Shown here in pieces: positions 55,514 through 59,886 of a stretch of 59,886 nucleotides of DNA. This DNA comes from an archaeon (lineage in GTDB: Archaea; Iainarchaeota; Iainarchaeia; Iainarchaeales; 0-14-0-20-34-12). Under the pieces are notes generated by a model, which was not told the DNA's origin, made no database searches, and saw nothing but the letters and a program-made list of their open reading frames with translations. A program made the translations under genes and the position numbers. Location of the stretch: contig JBBSVU010000005.1 of NCBI GenBank assembly GCA_038046645.1, positions 1 to 59,886 on the forward strand. The letters are read 5' to 3'. Position 1 is the first letter of the stretch; each line of letters opens with the position of its first letter.

Positions 55514-56419
55514 TTAATTAAGCCTTGTTATGTGAAGAAAGAAAACATTATCTAGGTCAAATATGTTTTTTGGTGCAGGAATAGCCTTGCCTAGTTCATC
55601 AAAGAATTCAAGCCTCATTTTATTTGCAGCAGTTCTTTGCAATTCCCCTAATTCCAGCAAAAATGCCTTTTTCATCATATGCAGGCACATACTGGATTCT
55701 GAAATATCCCTGCCGCACGCCTTTAATGTATCTATTTCTTCATGCGTCAATCTGCTTTTTTTCCTGCTTTTATAATATGTTTTAATTTTCTCGGTCAATC
55801 GTCCGGCTTCCTTATCTAATGAACTAATTACATGTAAATCCCCGAACCCGCCTCCGATTAAGTGAATGTCTAATATTGCCTTTCCTTTTGGTGCTAATGC
55901 ATTTACCGTGTTTCTTAAAGCCAGGTCAGGCAAGATAGTTAGATAAAATGTCATATCTGATGTTATTAATTTGAATCGTCCTAAAAAATTTTTTGGAAGG
56001 GCTTCTGCTAATAAAAAATGCTGGACATCAGCGTGAACATTTCCTGCCCAGTTTGTTGTTCCATGTGTGACTATATTTGGATATCTTTGTTTTAATCTTT
56101 CCAGATGCGGGCTTGTTTCAGTTCCAATATCAAGCACCTCAATTCTCTCACCCTTTCTTTGTTTTGATAAGAAATCACTTGCTTGCTGAAATGAGGCACC
56201 AACATCTGTCCTGCGTTCTGTTCTGCCGCTCTCTTTTAATAGAGCTAATTCAAGCCTCATAACCTCTAGCAACAGTCTCTTTTGCTGGGAATCTAGCCTT
56301 GTTAATGGTTCATGTGCAAGAAGCTGCCTTGCTAGCCTAGGGGAAGCAGGAAATCTTTGCATTGCCTTTAATGCAGAAGGATGAACTCCTTCCCACACCG
56401 CTCTTATTGGTTTTCTCAT
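55514..56419 (-). CDS. Arg-rich orphan with a class I SAM-methyltransferase-like core
   Basis: EVLDIGTET (motif I-like), FKLITSDMTFY and ALRNTVNALAPKGKAIL. Confidence 0.6.
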   Translation of the reverse strand: MRKPIRAVWEGVHPSALKAMQRFPASPRLARQLLAHEPLTRLDSQQKRLLLEVMRLELALLKESGRTERRTDVGASFQQASDFLSKQRKGERIEVLDIGTETSPHLERLKQRYPNIVTHGTTNWAGNVHADVQHFLLAEALPKNFLGRFKLITSDMTFYLTILPDLALRNTVNALAPKGKAILDIHLIGGGFGDLHVISSLDKEAGRLTEKIKTYYKSRKKSRLTHEEIDTLKACGRDISESSMCLHMMKKAFLLELGELQRTAANKMRLEFFDELGKAIPAPKNIFDLDNVFFLHITRLN

Positions 56420-56486
56420 AATAATTCATTCGCAAATATATTAACTATTTTCCATTGATCTGCAGAGCAGTATTTTTCATGTTCTA

Positions 56487-57635
56487 TCAAATATAAATCT
56501 CAACAGTATCCTGGTCTCTCAAAACATAATCTTTTGAAACCCTTTGACCAGCAAACTTTGTTGAACCCCAAACACGGGCAAATTTAAATTTTTTGTACAA
56601 ATCTTTGTGCACAATTTTTGCAACATCTTCAACAGTTGCATTTTCAGGAATAGCCAATGGTTCTATTGCTGCTTCCTCAGATGGTTTTTTTGTAAATATT
56701 AAAATTTTCCCCAATAATTGGAAGATTTCCTCCCTTATCCTATTCAATTCCTTTTCATCTAGCGTTTTGTATTTAATAAAATGAATTCTTTGCTTTATAT
56801 CCTGCAATTCATCCCCTTCAAGGGCGCAAGAACGTTCATTTATCAGTGCAATGCCCCTTTTATAGCATAAGCGATTGTTCAATGCCTCAGAAATATCCTT
56901 CAAACTGCAGGGCTGTTCAATAACTAAGGAAGCATTATGATAGCCGTTTGCTTTTAGGAAATTTACAACCTCCTCTTCAGTAACTTTAAGGTAATTCTTC
57001 CCTGAAAATGTTATTCCCTTGAAATCCGATTTATTTACTGAAATCCTTGGCCTTATTTTATTTATTAAAATATCAACAAATTTCAATTCATTATTTACAA
57101 TATCATACTCTTTAACAGCATTGCAGGCATTCAAAACAAAAACAACTGCATCAGCATTTCTTACTATTGCCAATAATTCCAATCCAGCTGCTTTTCCCTG
57201 CCCTGAACCCTGCACCAAGGGAGGGATTTCAACTAACTGTACCTGTGCCTTTTTATAATCCATCATCCCTATCTCAGGCTTTTTTGTGGTGAATGCATAT
57301 GGTGCAATTAAAATGTCCTTATTATTTGTCAGTGTTTTGATTAAGGTGCTTTTCCCTGAATTAGTCATCCCGATTAAAACTACCTGGGCTACTCCCTCTT
57401 TTTTTATTGCAAGGGATTTCGCAGAAGCCTTTTTTCTCTGCGCTTCTATCTTTTCCATCTGGTTTTTTATTCTTTTTATTTTGTTTGTAATCTCAGCAAG
57501 AAGATTTTCAGAACCTTTGTGCTTTGGCGCAGTCCTTAACATTTCCTGCAGGCATTTCAGTTTTTCTTCAGGGGTTTTTGCAGCCTGATACCTAGCTTCT
57601 GCTGTCAAATATTCATGGCCTGCATTAATTGGCAT
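56487..57635 (-). CDS. DRG/OBG-family GTPase with TGS domain
   Basis: APKHKGSENL, GMTNSGKST, PYAFTT, QLVEIPP, and TGS FARVWGSTKFAGQRV. Confidence 0.92.
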   Translation of the reverse strand: MPINAGHEYLTAEARYQAAKTPEEKLKCLQEMLRTAPKHKGSENLLAEITNKIKRIKNQMEKIEAQRKKASAKSLAIKKEGVAQVVLIGMTNSGKSTLIKTLTNNKDILIAPYAFTTKKPEIGMMDYKKAQVQLVEIPPLVQGSGQGKAAGLELLAIVRNADAVVFVLNACNAVKEYDIVNNELKFVDILINKIRPRISVNKSDFKGITFSGKNYLKVTEEEVVNFLKANGYHNASLVIEQPCSLKDISEALNNRLCYKRGIALINERSCALEGDELQDIKQRIHFIKYKTLDEKELNRIREEIFQLLGKILIFTKKPSEEAAIEPLAIPENATVEDVAKIVHKDLYKKFKFARVWGSTKFAGQRVSKDYVLRDQDTVEIYI

Positions 57636-57846
57636 ATCTTCATTAAGAAAAAGAATGCTTTTAAAACCATTTTTTTATCTGAACTGCTTGCTGCCAGTAA
57701 AATTCCTCCTAACTGCAGTTGGGAGAAGTAAGAATTTGATGAAAAGGTTTTCACTGTTGCTGTTGATGGCACAATAATTTCAACAGCATGCGGGGTTTAA
57801 TTTTTTCCCATACCTCTTTTAAACTATTTTATCCATTTTTTTCATT

Positions 57847-59250
57847 ATGGCGGTTGCTGTACACAAATATAAAAAGCCTGACACTGGGGCACTAAAAAGG
57901 GCACAAAGAAAGCCTGTTGAAAGAATTCCTTTTACTTTTGATATGATTAGAGGAAGGGTACACAAGTATCCTATGCCAACCCCTGCGGATAATGCGCAAT
58001 TATATACTCGGATAGCTGCTGCAAGGATTGCAGGAAAAGGGCAATTGGCTGAAAGGCTTCTAGGTGATTTGGCATTAAGGAATCAGGAGAGTATATTGAT
58101 GATTATTTCTCAGCCTTGGGTGCAATATTATGCCAGGGCGTATAATATACCAATGGCAGATCTTTTCCAGAATGGTTTTATTGGGCTGGCAAGAGCGTTA
58201 AAATATTGGAGCCCTGAAAAGGGGACTGTTGGTGCATACTGCAGTAAAGGAATAAAGCAAGATTTGTGGGAAAGAATTGCTGAAGATGCACCAATCCCCC
58301 ATAGTGTTGACAGCCACAAGAGAAAGAATGATTATGAAGGCGTCCTCAAGTTTGTTGAAGGAAAAAAATTGCCATTGAGTAACGCAGTTATTGAAAACTC
58401 TGGGTTAACAAGAAGGCAAAGAAAGGAACTGTGCAGGCTTAAATCAGAAGCGGATGTATCGAAATTAAAAATGCGTGTTGAGAATCTAAGGCATTATTTG
58501 ACAGGGGCAGCAAAACCCCATGCTTCACTTGATGCTGAAGCGGAAGGCCGTACACTGCACGAAAAGATTCCCGGAAAGACTTATGTGCGCACTGCCCTGC
58601 CAAGAGAGAGCCTTAAGCCTAATGCCACCCTATATCTTGCTGAAAGACTCGCCCCAAAGAAAAGAATGATTGTATTGTTGGCAAATCTTCAATTAGTCCA
58701 CAATGACAAAAGGCTGAAAGGCCTTGCTGAAAGAACAGTAAAAGAATTGGGCCCAAAGGTAGATGAACAAGGAATTTTAAAATGCTTGAGCGGGGATGCA
58801 AAGCCAATATTTGCCGAGATTGGGGTTCTTATGGGTTATCCAAAAAAATCAGCGGCACAGGGCTGTCATGTGGCCTATAAAACTGCAATAAAACAATTGG
58901 AAAGACTTGCAGGGGCTACTAGTGAAGTTGGCTCAACATTTAGAAGAAGGCTCAAGAGGCAATATTCTGACGTGAGTGCTGCTTCAGTGCAGTATAGATG
59001 GGCTTCTCTTTATGAAAAAAAAGCCATGCTTAGGAGGCTCGGGGTTTCAGACACAATTATTCAGCAATTCTCAGATAAACGATTGCAGAAATTGCCCTCT
59101 GCAGAGCTTGAAAGAATTGTGCCAAGGTTGATGAAAGCCGGTTTGGAAGAGGGAGTGCCACTCTTAACAACGCATTCATTATATAGTGATGCAAACCGGG
59201 CTGTTTCAGTTATTAGGGAAAAATTAGGGAAAGAAAATAAAAAAAGCTGA
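57847..59250 (+). CDS. Sigma70-like protein (regions 1.2, 2, 3.2, 4 recognisable) with basic N-terminal extension
   Basis: HKYPMPTPADNAQLYTRI (1.2), DLFQNGFIGLARALKYWSPEKG (2.2), HASLDAEAEGRTLHEKIP (3.2), IFAEIGVLMG...YKTAIKQL (4.2). Confidence 0.7.
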   Translation: MAVAVHKYKKPDTGALKRAQRKPVERIPFTFDMIRGRVHKYPMPTPADNAQLYTRIAAARIAGKGQLAERLLGDLALRNQESILMIISQPWVQYYARAYNIPMADLFQNGFIGLARALKYWSPEKGTVGAYCSKGIKQDLWERIAEDAPIPHSVDSHKRKNDYEGVLKFVEGKKLPLSNAVIENSGLTRRQRKELCRLKSEADVSKLKMRVENLRHYLTGAAKPHASLDAEAEGRTLHEKIPGKTYVRTALPRESLKPNATLYLAERLAPKKRMIVLLANLQLVHNDKRLKGLAERTVKELGPKVDEQGILKCLSGDAKPIFAEIGVLMGYPKKSAAQGCHVAYKTAIKQLERLAGATSEVGSTFRRRLKRQYSDVSAASVQYRWASLYEKKAMLRRLGVSDTIIQQFSDKRLQKLPSAELERIVPRLMKAGLEEGVPLLTTHSLYSDANRAVSVIREKLGKENKKS

Positions 59251-59291
59251 TAAAATAATTGCTTTTTATTGGGCAGTAAAATTAATCCCTT

Positions 59292-59885
59292 TTATTTTTT
59301 TGTCGCTTTGAAGACAACAATTTCTTCAAAGAAAATCCTCTGCTTTCCCACAATTTCAAAATCTAACCCTGACTTCTTTAATTTTTCTTCTGTTTTTTTT
59401 ATTCCGTTCAAGGAGCTTTGCAGGAAATAGCAGATGCCATTTTTGTTTAAATATTCAGGGAATTCTGCCATAAACCTGTCCAAAACAATTCGGCCATTTT
59501 TTCCACCGTCTAATTCTAGGTATTTTATTTTATTGCTTGGCACATACGGCGGATTGAAAACAATACAGTCAAATTTTTCAGATTTTTTTATGTTTGAGAA
59601 TAAATCGCTTTTTCTTGTTTTCACAGATTTTTCAACAGCAAAGCTTTTGGCCATTACTTCAGTGTTCTTTAATGCTGCCTCATTTATGTCTACAGCCAAA
59701 ACCTCTGCACCCTGCAGCGCCATATTTACTGACTGAATGCCTGTGCCGCTTCCCAAATCAAGGGTTTTATCCCCTTTTTTCACTTTTACCGAGTTAACAA
59801 GCAGCATTGAATCTTCCTGCGGGTCATAAACCCCGTCAAACCTCACTAATTCCTTATCCTTGAAGAAGAATTTCCTTATTTCCAT
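59292..59885 (-). CDS. HemK2/N6AMT1-like methyltransferase (putative eRF1 Gln methylase)
   Basis: VYDPQEDS, LDLGSGTGI, VDIN, SDLF, FNPPY and DGGKNGR. Confidence 0.9.
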   Translation of the reverse strand: MEIRKFFFKDKELVRFDGVYDPQEDSMLLVNSVKVKKGDKTLDLGSGTGIQSVNMALQGAEVLAVDINEAALKNTEVMAKSFAVEKSVKTRKSDLFSNIKKSEKFDCIVFNPPYVPSNKIKYLELDGGKNGRIVLDRFMAEFPEYLNKNGICYFLQSSLNGIKKTEEKLKKSGLDFEIVGKQRIFFEEIVVFKATKK

Positions 59886-59886
59886 T

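Noticed and set aside
57660-57830. RNase P or SRP RNA gene
   Set aside because: The region is too short, and neither the RNase P P4 consensus pair nor the SRP helix-8 motif could be matched convincingly.
762-59797. The many short antisense or overlapping ORFs in the six-frame track (e.g. 2324-2872, 14162-14554, 32312-32785, 53397-53969)
   Set aside because: They are shadows of well-supported genes on the opposite strand, with Ser/Phe/Ile-rich antisense composition and no motifs.

Overview
AT-rich archaeal chromosome segment. TFB, S8e, GatD, Dph6, an archaeal-type ATP-dependent DNA ligase and tRNAs with bulge-helix-bulge introns show it is archaeal. The gene mix and hypothetical families suggest a DPANN organism, most like Diapherotrites/Iainarchaeota (inference). 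Housekeeping and biosynthetic genes include folC, purE/purC/purB, cysS, proS, proCAB, tal-tkt-rpe, rnhB, lig, gatD and trmJ. There are three tRNAs (Leu-CAG; Pro-TGG with a 104-nt intron; Trp-CCA with a 221-nt intron), three toxin-antitoxin-like pairs and several lipoprotein or S-layer-like genes. No CRISPR array, rRNA, integrase or transposase was seen. The main unexplained signals are: (1) a free-standing LAGLIDADG cassette inserted in dph6 that brings a recoded replacement 3' end and leaves the original 3' end behind as a pseudo-fragment; (2) a sigma70-like protein with regions 1.2, 2, 3.2 and 4 in an archaeon, one of several Arg-rich orphans; (3) tRNA introns carrying a dispersed A/T hairpin repeat, with a partly intact box C/D guide in the Trp intron; (4) three dispersed S-layer-like paralog cassettes with conserved flanks and a variable (TA)n promoter tract; (5) a GC-rich multi-hairpin IS200/IS605-end-like mini-element; (6) a nonsense codon in the transketolase N-terminal gene. 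All calls were made by eye, and no database searches were run.
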